NCBI RefSeq assembly: GCF_027921745.1
Contig: NC_079238.1
Coordinates: 2,852,001-2,916,000, forward strand
Source of the DNA: Schizosaccharomyces osmophilus
Lineage: Eukaryota
Direction: 5' to 3'
Length of the DNA: 64,000 bases
Shown here: positions 11,098 to 23,561 of the stretch, piece after piece
Numbering within the stretch: the first letter of the stretch is position 1
Layout of the letters: every line of letters starts with the position of its first letter
Notes under the pieces: generated by a model
Seen by the model: the letters and a program-made list of their open reading frames with translations, nothing else
What the model was told of the DNA's origin: nothing
The model's database searches: none
Position numbers and translations under genes: made by a program

Positions 11098-11780
11098 GAA
11101 TGACAGAACTATATGACGAGTAGTAGAAGTTGAGATTTGGTTTCTTAATACGGAAGAAGAACCAAAAGAAAAATACCGTTCAACGTCAATTCCAAGTCAA
11201 ACACGTACAGGAAAACGGAAAACAGCTGATTAGGAAGACAATTGGGATTGATATGAAAGGTCAACCATTCGTTTGATACCTTGGTGTACTCATAAGTAGA
11301 TGAATTGAAGAGAGTGCAGAAATTTTGATGAATGACTACTTCAAGTTTGTATATATAAAGGTATAAAAGAAAAAAATAGTGGGCTATTCGTTATTCTGTA
11401 GACCTTTCACAAACATTTTGGATTTCTCTTGTTCTTCTTTACAAGAATCCTTGCCTAAAACTAAAAATTTGGAAATACAGCCATTGCAAACTAATAATAA
11501 TTAAGAACAAATCGAATAAAAATTATTGAGACTCATTACGGGAATAGAAGCATCAACAACGGTTTTTCTTTCGACTTTTCAATCCTACGCTTTTTGTTTA
11601 CTAATCTACTTTAACACATTGCGTTATACAAATAACAATCGTTGCTTTTCCGCGTTAAATAAATAAGGAGGTAGACCGATTTCGAACTACTGTACAATGG
11701 CAAATTTTTAGAGGCATCTCCTAAGAACCGCCAAAAATTCCTGCCTTTAGCAAATTTGCCATCTACCAACTTCTTTCCCT

Positions 11781-13853
11781 ATGGCCACGGCAGTTTTCAA
11801 GGTAAGATGCAACGGCTTTTGTATTTAGAATAATACTAACATATATGTGTTTAGAACATCTCTCCAATTCCGGACGTGAACACGTTCTTGGATGTCGTTC
11901 TTTCTCGTACCCAAAGAAAGACGCCTACGGTCATTCGATCTGGCTTCAAGGTATGTAGAGACGTTTCTACTGTAATGTAGAATAATTTTTATGTTCAGTA
12001 GAGAAAGTAATTGGCTGTCTTTGGTCCTAACCAGTTCATAGATCTCTCGTATCCGGGGTTTCTACGGCAGAAAAGTAAAATTTACCCAGGATACCTGTAC
12101 TGAAAAACTGGATGGTATTCTCCAAGAGTTCCCTAGACTTGATGACATCCATCCTTTTCACGCAGATTTACTCAATATTCTTTATGACAGAGATCATTTG
12201 AAGATTGCTTTGTCACAGCTTTCAACCGCAAAGCACTTGATTGAAAATGTTGCTCGTGATTATATTCGTCTTTTAAAGTATGGTGATAGTCTTTATCGCT
12301 GTAAACAACTCAAGCGTGCCGCTTTGGGTCGTATGGCTACAATCATTAAGCGCCAAAAGTCTTCATTGGGATTTTTGGAACAAGTACGTCAGCATATGTC
12401 GCGTTTGCCTTCAATCGACCCTAATACTCGTACCTTGTTGGTATGCGGATATCCCAACGTTGGTAAATCTTCTTTTATGAACAAGATCACTCGTGCCGAA
12501 GTCGATGTACAGCCTTATGCTTTCACGACCAAGTCTCTTTTCGTTGGCCATTTTGATTACAAGTACCTTCGTTGGCAAGTCATTGATACTCCAGGTATCC
12601 TTGATCATCCTTTGGAGCAGATGAACACCATTGAAATGCAATCCATCACTGCGATGGCTCATCTTCGTTCTGCCGTTTTGTACTTCATGGACCTTTCAGA
12701 AATGTGTGGTTACAGCATTGCTGCTCAGGTCAACTTATATCACAGCATTAAGCCTCTCTTTGCCAACAAGCTTACTCTTTTGGTTGTTAACAAGGTGGAT
12801 GTTACGAAACCCGAAGATTTGGACCCTAAAAGCCAAGAGATGATTCAATCCATTTTGGCAGATGGAAATGTACAAATGGTTCAAACAAGTTGTGTCAGCG
12901 ACACGGGTGTGATGGACGTCCGTAACAATGCATGTGAAGCTCTTTTAGCTGCACGTGTTGAACAGAAGCTCAAGGGATCACGTGTTAACAATGTTCTGAA
13001 TCGTATTCATTTGGCAGAACCCGCAGCCCGTGATAGTGTTAATCGACCGGCAGTCATTCCCGACGCTGTCAAAAACCGTCGTGCTTATGATGAGAAAGAC
13101 CCCGCCCGCCGTATTCTTGCCCGTGATATCGAAGCTGCTAATGGTGGTGCTGGTGCATTTAATGTTAACTTGCGTGACAAGTACTTGCTTAGTAACCCTG
13201 AATGGAAATACGATCGTGCTCCTGAATTGTTGGATGGTAAGAACGTCGCCGATTATATCGACCCTGAAATTGAAGCCAAGCTTGCTGCTATGGAAGAAGA
13301 AGAAGAACGCGTGGAAAATGAAGGCTACTATAACTCGGATGAAGATGTTCCCGATGAAAATGAGGAACATGTTCTTACCGCGGCTGATAAAATTCGTGAG
13401 AAAAACAAACTCATTCGAATTGCTGCTCGTAATAAAAAGATCAAGAATCGTCCCATGTTGCCTCGTACTGCTGGTGTTCGCACTTTGGATCAGTTGGAGT
13501 CTTCATTGGAAAATGCTGGTCTTCCTTCTGACGCAATTGGTGAGCGTGCTCGCTCACGCGCTCGCTCGGGAGCTGCCCAAGAATCTGCTCGTTTGTCTGG
13601 TGCAGACATAGTTATGCAGGAGGGACCCGAAGTACGCGCCAAATCTGTTGCTCCCCGCTCACAGAGCAACAGACGTGAAGCAGGTTTGCATTCTGAAGGA
13701 GGACGTTCTTATGCTGAACGTCTTAATCGTGTCAAACAAGTACAACGCAATCGTCTGGCTAGAGCTTCCGAAAGTGACCGTCACACTACGACTTCAAAAC
13801 CCAAGCACTTGTTCAGTGGTAAACGTGGTATGGGTAAGACTGATAGAAGGTAA
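11781..13853 (+). CDS. nog1: Nucleolar GTP-binding protein Nog1 (60S biogenesis)
   Basis: Exons 11781-11801, 11855-11950, 12042-13853. Motifs [26 protein letters not shown]-terminal [18 protein letters not shown]. Confidence 0.96.
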
Positions 13854-14233
13854 AGTAATGGTTTGGTATGGATTTTTTATTTTTATTTTAATATAGTTTT
13901 GGTGCACTTTTCATTCTCTTCATAGTTTGGATAATTTGGTTGGATAAAAATAAACAGGTTTACTATTTGTTTCATCAGCCGGTTCAGTTCAGTAGATGCA
14001 TTTCTTCTCAAAATAGTAGACATAAGCAATGTAGTATAGCACGTAGTGAGTTTATGATTCTGCATTTTTTCAAAATTGACTTCATTCATCCTAAAGTATT
14101 GATTTCTCAGACACCCTAGCATTCTTCAAGCACATATTTTACTGTACTTGAGGATTTTGTTTGAGAAATTGAGGATTGGCATGAGTTATGGCTTAATTGG
14201 GGTTTATAAACGAATGAAAGACGAATATAGTTT

Positions 14234-14934
14234 ATGAAAAGAAAACAAAGTATGTTTAACCCCTGCACGGTAAGAAATAAACGCTCGACTTTACGAGATA
14301 TTGCCCCAAAAGAGAGCAATACTTCTGTTCCTAGAATACCTTTACCGGCCTCAAGGTTCAAAACAAAACATATAGATGCTCTTTGCGCGCTGATGCATCT
14401 TTCTTTGTTGCGGGAAGATTACAATCGAGCATATCATGCCTTCTCTCTTTTGTTGCGATCAAAAGGTGTAGACATGTCTAAAATGTGGAACATCGGTTTG
14501 GAGATATTGAACCAAATTAAACCTGATGATTCGACAGAATATATGGAGCGTCTCATCGCTCGTTTTCCTGCGAACCCAAATAAAAATCGTACACAACGTT
14601 CCTTGACAGTATGTATTGGACTTTTTTACGTTATAAATTAGGATCAAACGAAGAAATTTAAAGATCATTTACTAATGAAGCCTTTTAGTCTGAACAATTT
14701 TATCCCGCATACATTTTACTATTGATTCAGAGACAGGAATACCAAAGAGCGATGAACTCCTTGGATGAATATATGCTTTCTCCGCCGTTTAATCAAAATA
14801 AAGCTCTATATGAATACTCTGGAATGCTTTGTCTTGAACTCGCCAAAAATGAAACTTCAGATCATGAGCGAGACCAATGGCTTCAGAAAGCAAAGCAAAA
14901 TCTTCATGATGCGGGTGTCTCTCTGAATGTTTGA
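14234..14934 (+). CDS. rrn11: RNA polymerase I core factor subunit Rrn11
   Basis: Two ORFs joined in frame by intron 14609-14688 (GTATGT..ACTAAT..TAG). Motif HIDALCALMHLSLLREDYNRAYHAFSLLLR. The start may be the ATG at 14252. Confidence 0.8.
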
Positions 14935-15268
14935 ATATTTTTTTATTGTACGAAAAACCCGGTTTTTACTTTGTGCTAGAACTTCGAATAAGTGTAAACT
15001 ACCTAATTCTCTCCTGTATGTCCTGTAGCTTTATCCGCTAGGAACAAAATAATGGAAGAACGAAATAAAAATGAAAAATAATAATATATAAACCTATACA
15101 AAAACCTAATCAAAAATGTTGAATAGTAGTATTATACACACTTTACTCCATTAAAAGAGATTTGTGAAATCAATTTAAATAATTAATAGAGCATTTCAAG
15201 AAAGGAATGAAGACTAAAGCCTGAAATAATTCAAAACGTAGAAAATCGTCACAAGTTATTACCAAGAA

Positions 15269-17164
15269 TTACCTGGTTTTAGAAGAACTCAATGTATCCA
15301 ACGAAATCATATCCAAAATTTCCATAATCTTTTCTTTTCTTTTTTTTTGCAATACAGCAAGTTGATTTCCAAGCTCATTCCTTTGTTTCTCGTGTTCAAA
15401 ATGATCATACTCTAAATCCATACGAGACGCTGATGAGACTTTAGAAATCTTATGGCTCCCAACTAAATCAAGTTCATCATTCTCCCCCCAAATATGAGAG
15501 AAATAGGAAACATACTTACTTAATTGAAGTGCCTGAAAAGTTTCAATTTGGTTAGTTGCATCCCTCATCAACTTGAGTAAACGCAACAAGGTACTTTTCA
15601 ACTCCATTCTTTGATTTGAGAGATAATTTGGCTGACTATTACTAGCCTCATTCCAAAGTCTTTGACTTGTTTCACTTTCGCGAACAGTTTGTTCTAATAC
15701 CTCTGTCGCCAAACTAAATGTGGTCTGCTTAGCAGAAAGAGAACTTTCATGATATTTGGTCAGTTCTTTAATCCTTGATAAAACGTTTGGCAAGGCATTC
15801 TTCATCAACGAGTTTTTCAAAAAAGAAGGATGTTTATTTGTTAAAGACCGTAAGGCTCCTTCTGCCGTAATATCGTCGAAAAATCCTTTTGAAGTTTCTT
15901 GTTGCGAAGGAAACTCCATCTCTTCGGATGTTAGAAAGTCAGAAGGATATTGGCCTTGGTTATTTGGAATCGTTGCACAAGCATAAAAAGCTAGGAGCAA
16001 CCTTGCACATCTTTTAGCACCATTTCTAGCACAGATAAGCAAAACCGTATCTCCGCGATCATCTTGCACGTTTAGTATTTGCGTTGCAACTTCAACAGAT
16101 TGTGTTGATGTCAAATTTTGAAGTAAAATATCCATGTAGTAGCGGGCTGCTTCCATCTTGGATTTCGAGGAAGCCAAAAGTGCTACGTGGTGAAAAACAG
16201 TCTGACCAAAACTATCTGTCATACAAAGAGCGGATTGCAAAAGCTCTGATACAAGCTCAAAAGTTTGGAGATCATAGTTCATTGTAAACATAACACACCG
16301 CATTAAGGACGTCTGCTGTAAGTAATTGACGGACACAACGCTAGCTTCAGCCTGTAAGAGGGCATGCATCATCTCCAGATTTCCCATAGCAGCTGCCCAA
16401 TGTAACGCTGTATGGCCATCTTCATCAATACTAGCGTTAACATCCCAATCGGCCGGTCGATCATAAACGAAATCTGGAGGTTGGGTATTATTAGAAAGCA
16501 AAAAATAATCCAATAGGGCTTGAGAGTAATGCTTTGATTTGGGAACCACTTCCTTGAAGCCGAGAGCATCGTTCAGGTCTACAGAGGAGAGAAAGGAATT
16601 TTGAGAAACATTTGCTTGAAGGCTTAAAGAATTTGATAAGTCATGCATTCTAGGAGCAGAGGATAGTTCTTGCGAAGGATATGGTTCCGAAGATGGCTGT
16701 GAGACGCAGAATTCATTATTAGAAGGGTAGGAGGATGACAATTTATTAGACGGTTTCTGCATGCTTTGAGGTGTATATAAATGGACCGAATTCATTTGCG
16801 TCTCACTATATTCCAGTAGAGAACTTATTATGGAATATACATCGTATTCCTGGGCAAGTTCAATGGCTCTATCCAGAGGAACCCATGTACCTATATATCA
16901 TTAGCCGAAAAGAAAAACAACTGGTGAACAGCCCGTACCTTGATATTTCCCACAACCTCCCTGTACTTTTTCATGTAAGCCTTTTTGGGCGAATTTTTCC
17001 AAAATCCTAGTCCGTCTGGGCTTGTCTAGTTCAGCGATTTTTAAAATTTGAGTAGCATTCATCCATTGATCATGACATCGTTTCATTAAAAAATTGCCAT
17101 TGATATTGCATTCGTAAACGTTTACACCCGAATAGGCTGTTTTCTTAACATGGTTAACAAACAT
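15269..17164 (-). CDS. res1: MBF transcription factor subunit (APSES/KilA-N domain plus ankyrin repeats)
   Basis: Exon 17164-16939 ([31 protein letters not shown]), intron 16938-16891, exon 16890-15269 ([20 protein letters not shown]). A possible GTAATT donor at the stop codon makes the last residues uncertain. Confidence 0.9.
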
Positions 17165-18717
17165 AGCGATCTTCAAGGCTTCTAAAGCTTTATCAATGTG
17201 AAAAAAAAAAAGGATATTTGAAGCCAAACTACAGCCAAAAATAAAAAGAAAGAGCAAAGTGAAAAAACAAACGAAGGAAAACAACAAGGAAAGAAAATAA
17301 AACAAAAAATGCACTTGGTGCTAATAAACTAAAAGAAAGACGAATGTTCCAAAATATAAGTCACAAGATGCAACTGTAAATTCGTAAAGGGAGTTAATTT
17401 TTGTAGTGGTTTTTCACAGTTAATTTAGGGTGTAAAAACCAAAAGTCCTTTCTATCCCAAAGATGTTATTAAGAGACCAGCAATCCATATAGATATGACC
17501 AGTTAGAAGAAGAATATAATGAATACGAAAACTTGATCAGTTTTTGGAGTCTTCGGTTCTTTGAATATGCAGAAGGCGAGCCTTTAAGACAAATACTTCA
17601 AGTTGGATATCCTGAAAGGGTAAAGTTTTGAGTATGAAGAATAGGCTTTCCAATCTCAACTTTTATTTTATAGCTTTTCTATAACTCTTCCCACTTTTAT
17701 TTCTTTTTTGTAAGACTTTTCAGACTTTACCCCAATGAACAATTCTTCCTCTTCAGAGGCCCTAGAAGTGAAATTAACAAATTTCTTCTTCTCCCAAGAT
17801 TCCGGAACAAGAAATATCTCTAAGTAAAAGTTTCTCAAAATTTTCTCCGAAAACAAGTTTCTGTTTACGTCCGCGGTGGAAACTTCAAAAAGGGTTATAA
17901 GCCTTAAAAGCTTTTCGACAGGAATTTTCTACGTTTTCTATAAACAATAATAATAAATCTTCAGCTTAAAAGAATCAACTAAGCTTTTTATTCCCCTTCC
18001 TTTTCGAGGTAAATTTGTGGTGTTGGGGATCTGGAGAAAATAGAATTCTATAAGGCAAGGGGAATAATGATTTTGAGTAAAATTACCACAAGACACATTG
18101 TAACCTGTCTCTATAAGAAAATGTACTAGGAATTGAAATATGCAAAAAAAAATAAAGGAAAAGTTGGAAAGAATCGCTTGTTTGAAAGATTCCTGAAGCA
18201 GCTTTTCTCAATCATAATAATGTCTACCATAGCGAGTACAGTTTTGTAGCTCACCATCATACTGAAATAATTATAGAAATGTTTTTCATTTTGTTTTTCT
18301 ATATTAACCACTATATCAAAATCAATTTCTCCAAAAAATCAACCCTGTCTTTGCTGCTTTTCTTATACTTTAACATAAACATCTTAGAAATAGAATATAA
18401 CACGAGAGAGGATTATGTGAAAACAATTTTTTGTAGAGCAAGGATAAGTTTTAAAAAGTAGCCTAATCAAATACAAGCATCTATAAGGCGCCTTTTGTCG
18501 TAAATTATTGTTTCAATGGAACAGAGGCACAGCAAAACTGTACTTTTCATTCCCCATTGGTTGCCGTTATTAGACAACAACGATATGTTGGCATAATGTC
18601 CAAAAAGTAAACAAAAATACATATACACTTTCAATCGGCTTTTGCTTTCCGACCGCCTCCATACAATTGTTAGCGCCAGCGAAGACACAGTAACTTTTGT
18701 TTCGTCTACAAACGTTT

Positions 18718-19365
18718 TTACTTAGCCTGGTATTGTCCACGGTAAGCGTCCATCGCATTGGACTCCTTCGCCGATAATTCAGCCTTTGTAAACTCAACAA
18801 TGTCATCCAAAGTCAAAATGGAAGAAATAGGAACCTTGTACTCATTTTTCAACTTTCCAATTGTGCTTTCGTTTACGGCAGGATCTACACGTTCTTGTCT
18901 ATCCAACAAAAGGACAATACCAGCTAAATGAACACGCTTAGGTTCTAAGAATGAGATGGCTTCCCGAATAGCAGTTCCAGCTGTAATCACATCGTCTAGG
19001 AGCAAGACGCGCTTTCCTTCCATCTCTGCACCAACAAGGTTTCCACCTTCACCATGGGTTTTGGCCTCCTTTCTGTTGTATGCAAAGCCGTAACTCTTGC
19101 CAGTCTTCTCGTACAACTTGGCGGCAGTTACTGCGGCCAAAGAAATTCCTTTATAAGCGGGACCAAATAAAACATCAAATTCAACATTCATGAAAATAAT
19201 TGTTTCTGCGTATGAGTTTGCCAGTGCACTCAAATCAGCCCCATGAGTAAAATTTCCAGAATTGAAGAAATAAGGAGATTGACGTCCAGATTTTAGCGTA
19301 AAAGTGCCAAATTTAAGCACTTGCTTTTCCATAGCACGATGCAAAAGATCAGATTTGTAAGACAT
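18718..19365 (-). CDS. ura5: Orotate phosphoribosyltransferase
   Basis: FTLKSGRQSPYFFN, LFGPAYKGI, NRKEAKTHGEGG, PRPP loop LLDDVITAGTA. Confidence 0.97.
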   Translation of the reverse strand: MSYKSDLLHRAMEKQVLKFGTFTLKSGRQSPYFFNSGNFTHGADLSALANSYAETIIFMNVEFDVLFGPAYKGISLAAVTAAKLYEKTGKSYGFAYNRKEAKTHGEGGNLVGAEMEGKRVLLLDDVITAGTAIREAISFLEPKRVHLAGIVLLLDRQERVDPAVNESTIGKLKNEYKVPISSILTLDDIVEFTKAELSAKESNAMDAYRGQYQAK

Positions 19366-19609
19366 CTTCCTTCTCTATTGTTTTTTCTTTGGAACTGTAC
19401 GTGTGCACTGGTAAGGAGGTGTTGCTACACCAATGTTCCAACACCGTCGGAGGGGCATGTCAAAATTGAGGTCTAGAAAGAAAACCATAGAACACATTTA
19501 AAGAACCATAGTTTTACAAATATATTCTGGTATCATTACAGCAAAAATTTGCAAATCCAATTGTTGCATAAAAGTGCGTTCTACATATTCAACCTCCATT
19601 TAAACAAAG

Positions 19610-21097
19610 TTAATCGTTTAACCAAGTTGGCTGGATCCGATCTATAATACTCAGATAATGTCTGATATGGTCAAGACTTTTTACTTGGGTATCTCCAGTC
19701 CAAAATAATCTCCAAGGCGTTTTTGGTGACTTCAAAGAGCCAATGCTTCTTTCAAAGTACCATTTGTTCACTGGGTTGTCCAATCTAGATCTCCAAATCA
19801 ATTCTTTAGGGAATAAATCTACCATTGCGTTGAATAGGACATCGGATATTGCAGCAGAGCCTTGCGCATTTTTCGACACAGCCAATTTATCAAGATAAGG
19901 AACTTTTGTTTTCCCATTATTAGCTTCTTCGTAAGTAACAATGGCAGTACCGGCGTAATCGCCAGCAATAATGATTGCAGCAAGTGAATTTTTCAAACGT
20001 TTCAAATAGGCTTCCATATCCAATGTGCGACTAAAAGAATCATTAATCAACGTCCACACCCTTTCCCAGGAAATAGAACCATCAGTAATACACTCAGGTC
20101 CCATATATGTATATACGGCAACACCACCTCGAAGTAAAGTAGTCTTCGTAACAGGCGATCGATCTCGAGGTAAAGAGCAAGAGAAAATGGATCTTTCAGT
20201 TAAAACATTGTGAATTAACGGGTTTCGATTCATCGAAGAATTCGTTAGCATAGCTTCAGTTGGAGTAGTAACAATGGCGGAGGCCTCTTTGGATAACACC
20301 TTCAGGCACCGCTGAGCCAAAAATAGATTTTTGATGTGATGTTTCGGTAGTGATTTTCTCAATTCCTCGTATTCTTGAGCAAGATTAATCAATACATGAC
20401 TCGACCCTTGGGGCCGTTGAGCACAAGGCATACCGCCCACTTTATCAAGAATAATTAGTCGATCGACTGTACAACCATCTTCTGGCTTGTGCAAACTTTT
20501 CGTCAGACCATAAATAATTTCGTCTCCATCCATACTAATCTCTTTCAGATTTGGCATAAATGCTGAGCTTGGAATAATCGGTGTATAATCAGATGTTAAC
20601 GAACGATAGACGGAATCAATGTCTTCAAGGTGTGCGCCATTGGGACCCAATTGACAAATGGAAGAATACAGTGGCTTGGTTAATACGCCGGCCTTGGAAA
20701 AGATGTCCGAGACACGCATAACCCGGTTCTGTTGAGAATAAAGGGAGTTGAGCATGGTCCATTGTGATTGCTTTTCTTCTGGTAATCTGAATTTGGCTGT
20801 TATACCCAAGTCAAATCCGGTAGGAACAATTAGAGAATGTATACCAAGGCGGGTAAGTCCGTAAATGCTTCTACCAATGCCAAACAAAGTTTCATCGTTG
20901 AGCGAGTCTACATCGGCAATCTTTGCAATTGCTATCCGTTTTTGAAGGCCATATGATAATCCATTATCTAACAATTTGGAAGAGGCATAATCAAACCGAA
21001 GAGGAGCGTACTTTTGCAAAAACCCTTTCGTCGACCTCTTATTAGGGACTGATTTGAGAATCCAAATTAAGTCCTGCAAGAAAGAAGGGTTTTGCAT
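19610..21097 (-). CDS. arg6: Mitochondrial N-acetylglutamate synthase (fungal Arg2 type)
   Basis: AAK-like N-terminal domain plus NAT domain (YLDKLAVS, LIWRSRLDNPVNKWYFERS, WRLFW). Confidence 0.9.
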   Translation of the reverse strand: MQNPSFLQDLIWILKSVPNKRSTKGFLQKYAPLRFDYASSKLLDNGLSYGLQKRIAIAKIADVDSLNDETLFGIGRSIYGLTRLGIHSLIVPTGFDLGITAKFRLPEEKQSQWTMLNSLYSQQNRVMRVSDIFSKAGVLTKPLYSSICQLGPNGAHLEDIDSVYRSLTSDYTPIIPSSAFMPNLKEISMDGDEIIYGLTKSLHKPEDGCTVDRLIILDKVGGMPCAQRPQGSSHVLINLAQEYEELRKSLPKHHIKNLFLAQRCLKVLSKEASAIVTTPTEAMLTNSSMNRNPLIHNVLTERSIFSCSLPRDRSPVTKTTLLRGGVAVYTYMGPECITDGSISWERVWTLINDSFSRTLDMEAYLKRLKNSLAAIIIAGDYAGTAIVTYEEANNGKTKVPYLDKLAVSKNAQGSAAISDVLFNAMVDLFPKELIWRSRLDNPVNKWYFERSIGSLKSPKTPWRLFWTGDTQVKSLDHIRHYLSIIDRIQPTWLND

Positions 21098-21366
21098 TCG
21101 CGATTATTGTTTCATAAAAATGCAAATGAAAAAACCCAAATAAAAACTATGTGATGAAAGGGAAAAATTTGGAAACGTGTTGGCACTTAGCACTCCAGTC
21201 ATAACAAGCGTCTACTACACCAAAACAATAAAGAAAGTTACACGGTTAAAAAACCAAAGGAAAATTAAACTTATTTAAGCATATCATTCATTTTAAATAA
21301 AAAAGAAAAGATACATATTGACTTTGTATACAAAAGTATTAATTGGGGAGTAAAAAAACCGAAACT

Positions 21367-21918
21367 ATGGCCTTACCCAGGGAATTGGAGGCGACGTTTT
21401 CACCAGAAGAGGTAGAGTTTTTAGCAGGAAATGAATACACTGATATTGTTCCTTTAGAGACTATGGATCAGTTACCTCTAGTAAGCGCAACTATACCCAT
21501 CATGAAGCCGCCAAGAAAGTGCAGGGTTCCATTATGGCTAGCCTTGGAATTAAAAAGACAGCATCGTGCCAGAATAGTGCCTCCAGAATGGCTGGACCTT
21601 TCGAATTTGCAAAGCCTACAGGAACAAGAAATGGAAATAGATATGTTTTCTAAAATGCCATTTCGATGGTTGGAAACTGGGCATTTACTTTTGAAAGCTT
21701 GCCCCGATGACATTGAAGATGTGGAGGAAGTTCGACGAATTCTTTTGACAATCCGAGAAGCGAGACAGAGCAAGGCAAGGGCAGGTTTGGAAGCGGTAAA
21801 CGAAGTTCAACTTGCTCTGGATAATTTGGGAGCTATGGAAATAAATGAGATTCGGCCGTTATTCCGAGAAACGATGAATCGTATGCGAAAAATTGTTCAG
21901 GTTTCAGAGGAAGAATAA
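21367..21918 (+). CDS. psf2: GINS complex subunit Psf2
   Basis: MALPRELE, EVEFLAGNE, VPLWLALELK, IVPPEWL, IREARQSK, LGAMEINEIRP. Confidence 0.95.
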   Translation: MALPRELEATFSPEEVEFLAGNEYTDIVPLETMDQLPLVSATIPIMKPPRKCRVPLWLALELKRQHRARIVPPEWLDLSNLQSLQEQEMEIDMFSKMPFRWLETGHLLLKACPDDIEDVEEVRRILLTIREARQSKARAGLEAVNEVQLALDNLGAMEINEIRPLFRETMNRMRKIVQVSEEE

Positions 21919-22059
21919 ATGCAACCGGGCATGAAGGGAACATTGAAATGTGTATGATGGAATCAGCATTTAGCAAAAATAGATATCATAAATGAAGGAA
22001 AATGCATGAAATGTGAAATGAGGCAAGAAGAGACAATGAAATGTAATTGTAAGGGACGG

Positions 22060-22712
22060 CTACGAGTCCTGAGTAGAGGCTTTTTGCTTCATCACTCGCA
22101 TAGGAGTAGGGGTCTTGGAAGGACTTGCTTTTGCGGAATTCGGTTTCCGTTTCGACATGGATAATTCTTCGAGTTTATAGAATTCTTGAATCCGACTGCA
22201 AGGGAAGTTAGGAAACAGATATCAAAAAGCATGTGAAACGTACGTTCGCCAAGGAGTGACGGGTGTATTGGATGACAAAAAGGGTTGAAAATCACGAAGT
22301 TTCATATTTCTTTGAGCACGGGGGATAGAAGCCACACGCATTTCTCCCCTCATGCGTATGGTAGAAGCCAGCAAACCTGCATTGGATCGCAATCGTCGAA
22401 TTTTATCGGACACTAGATAGTACTTTGTTAATAATATGTTGTTTGAATGAAGAAAAAAATAAAAAATAAAAATAAAATCTCCAAACCCTCTGCCCTACAA
22501 TAAAACACAGAAATGTCAAGAGAATTGATTTTGGGAGGCTTTGGGAGGCTTTGGAAAAAAAAAAGAAAATAAGATTGGAAGAAAGAACCAAGTTTCATAC
22601 ATTCAAAAGCAAGATTTTCAAGGATATCCGTTTTGCGTTCCTGCAAAATACGTTGTCGAACCTGACGGTGCTTGGATTCCCCAATCTCTTCGACCCTTTT
22701 TCGTTTATTCAT
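22060..22712 (-). CDS. nbl1: Borealin-like chromosomal passenger complex subunit
   Basis: Exons 22712-22601, 22412-22244, 22195-22060; introns GTATGA..TTAAC..TAG and GTACGT..CTAAC..CAG. Borealin N-terminal helix ILENLAFELSDKIRRLRS..RVASIPRAQRNMKLRDF. Confidence 0.82.
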
Positions 22713-22855
22713 GAAGCTACTTGAAAAAATCAATCAAGCAAGGAAACTGTTGATAGCTTCCTTAGAATTCAATCAAGATGAGGTACGCGTAGTGGTTGTA
22801 TTTGAGAAGCAACATAAACAATCCGTTTTACCTGGGTAACATGTTCCTTGTCCAT

Positions 22856-23388
22856 GTAAACAAACGAGCATTTGTAAAGAAGAGAAAGAACATGCAGGGA
22901 GGATAAAAGAGATGACTTTTCGGTTTAGAAAAATTGCTCTAGAAGCTTTCAGGAAAAAGAGTGCGAGTTTGCACGTCCTCGAGGTTTCATTGAAATTTTC
23001 CCAGATTGCTAGCATTCAATGGAGAAAGAAAGTAAATAATAAATAATAAATAAATACAAATTTCTCGCCATAGAATCATTAATGACTTGATGGCTTTAGC
23101 GATCCAAATATGACTTAAGTTGCAAATTCGAATTTGTTTCCTCTTTCCTCTTTTCATACAACCACATAAACTATTATAAAACAATCCTTTTCTTTTCTCC
23201 TATTTATCCTAGCAAATTCCTCCAAAACTACAATGAGTATTTTAGCTTTTTTTTTGCGTATTTTTTCTGGCTGTAAACAAAGAATGTAAATAAACAATAA
23301 ATATAGAGACTCCTTCCGCTTCCTTGCATTTCTTTATCCATATTTCGGTAACGAAACAACCCCCACAATATAAGCTAAAGATGTTTAC
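22856..23388. promoter_or_regulatory. Cluster of forkhead/FLEX cores (GTAAAYA) in the nbl1-php2 divergent promoter
   Basis: GTAAACAAAC 22856, GTAAATA 23032, GTAAACAA 23273, GTAAATAAACA 23286, TGTTTAC 23382. Confidence 0.5.
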
Positions 23389-23561
23389 GGCGACTCCGTA
23401 TTTAAAGTGTCCATTGGTAGGCAATACGGCTACACAACCAACCAACTGTACAGTCGAAAGTCTACTTGCTTCAACGACCAACCACAACAGAAGGCGAAGA
23501 ACTTACTATAACCTCTCGAAACGATTGTCCTTCCATTGCAAACACTCGTCTTGTTAACCCA

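Noticed and set aside
13030..13611. 193-aa alternate-frame ORF inside nog1
   Set aside because: Off-frame shadow explained by codon bias; GTG start; no domain.
15181..15272. Possible extra terminal exon of res1 via a GTAATT donor
   Set aside because: No consensus branch site, and the candidate acceptors add only a few unconvincing residues.
17300..18700. Long res1-ura5 intergenic region with short ORFs
   Set aside because: AT-rich; no tRNA A/B boxes, snoRNA boxes or coding signature that I could support.
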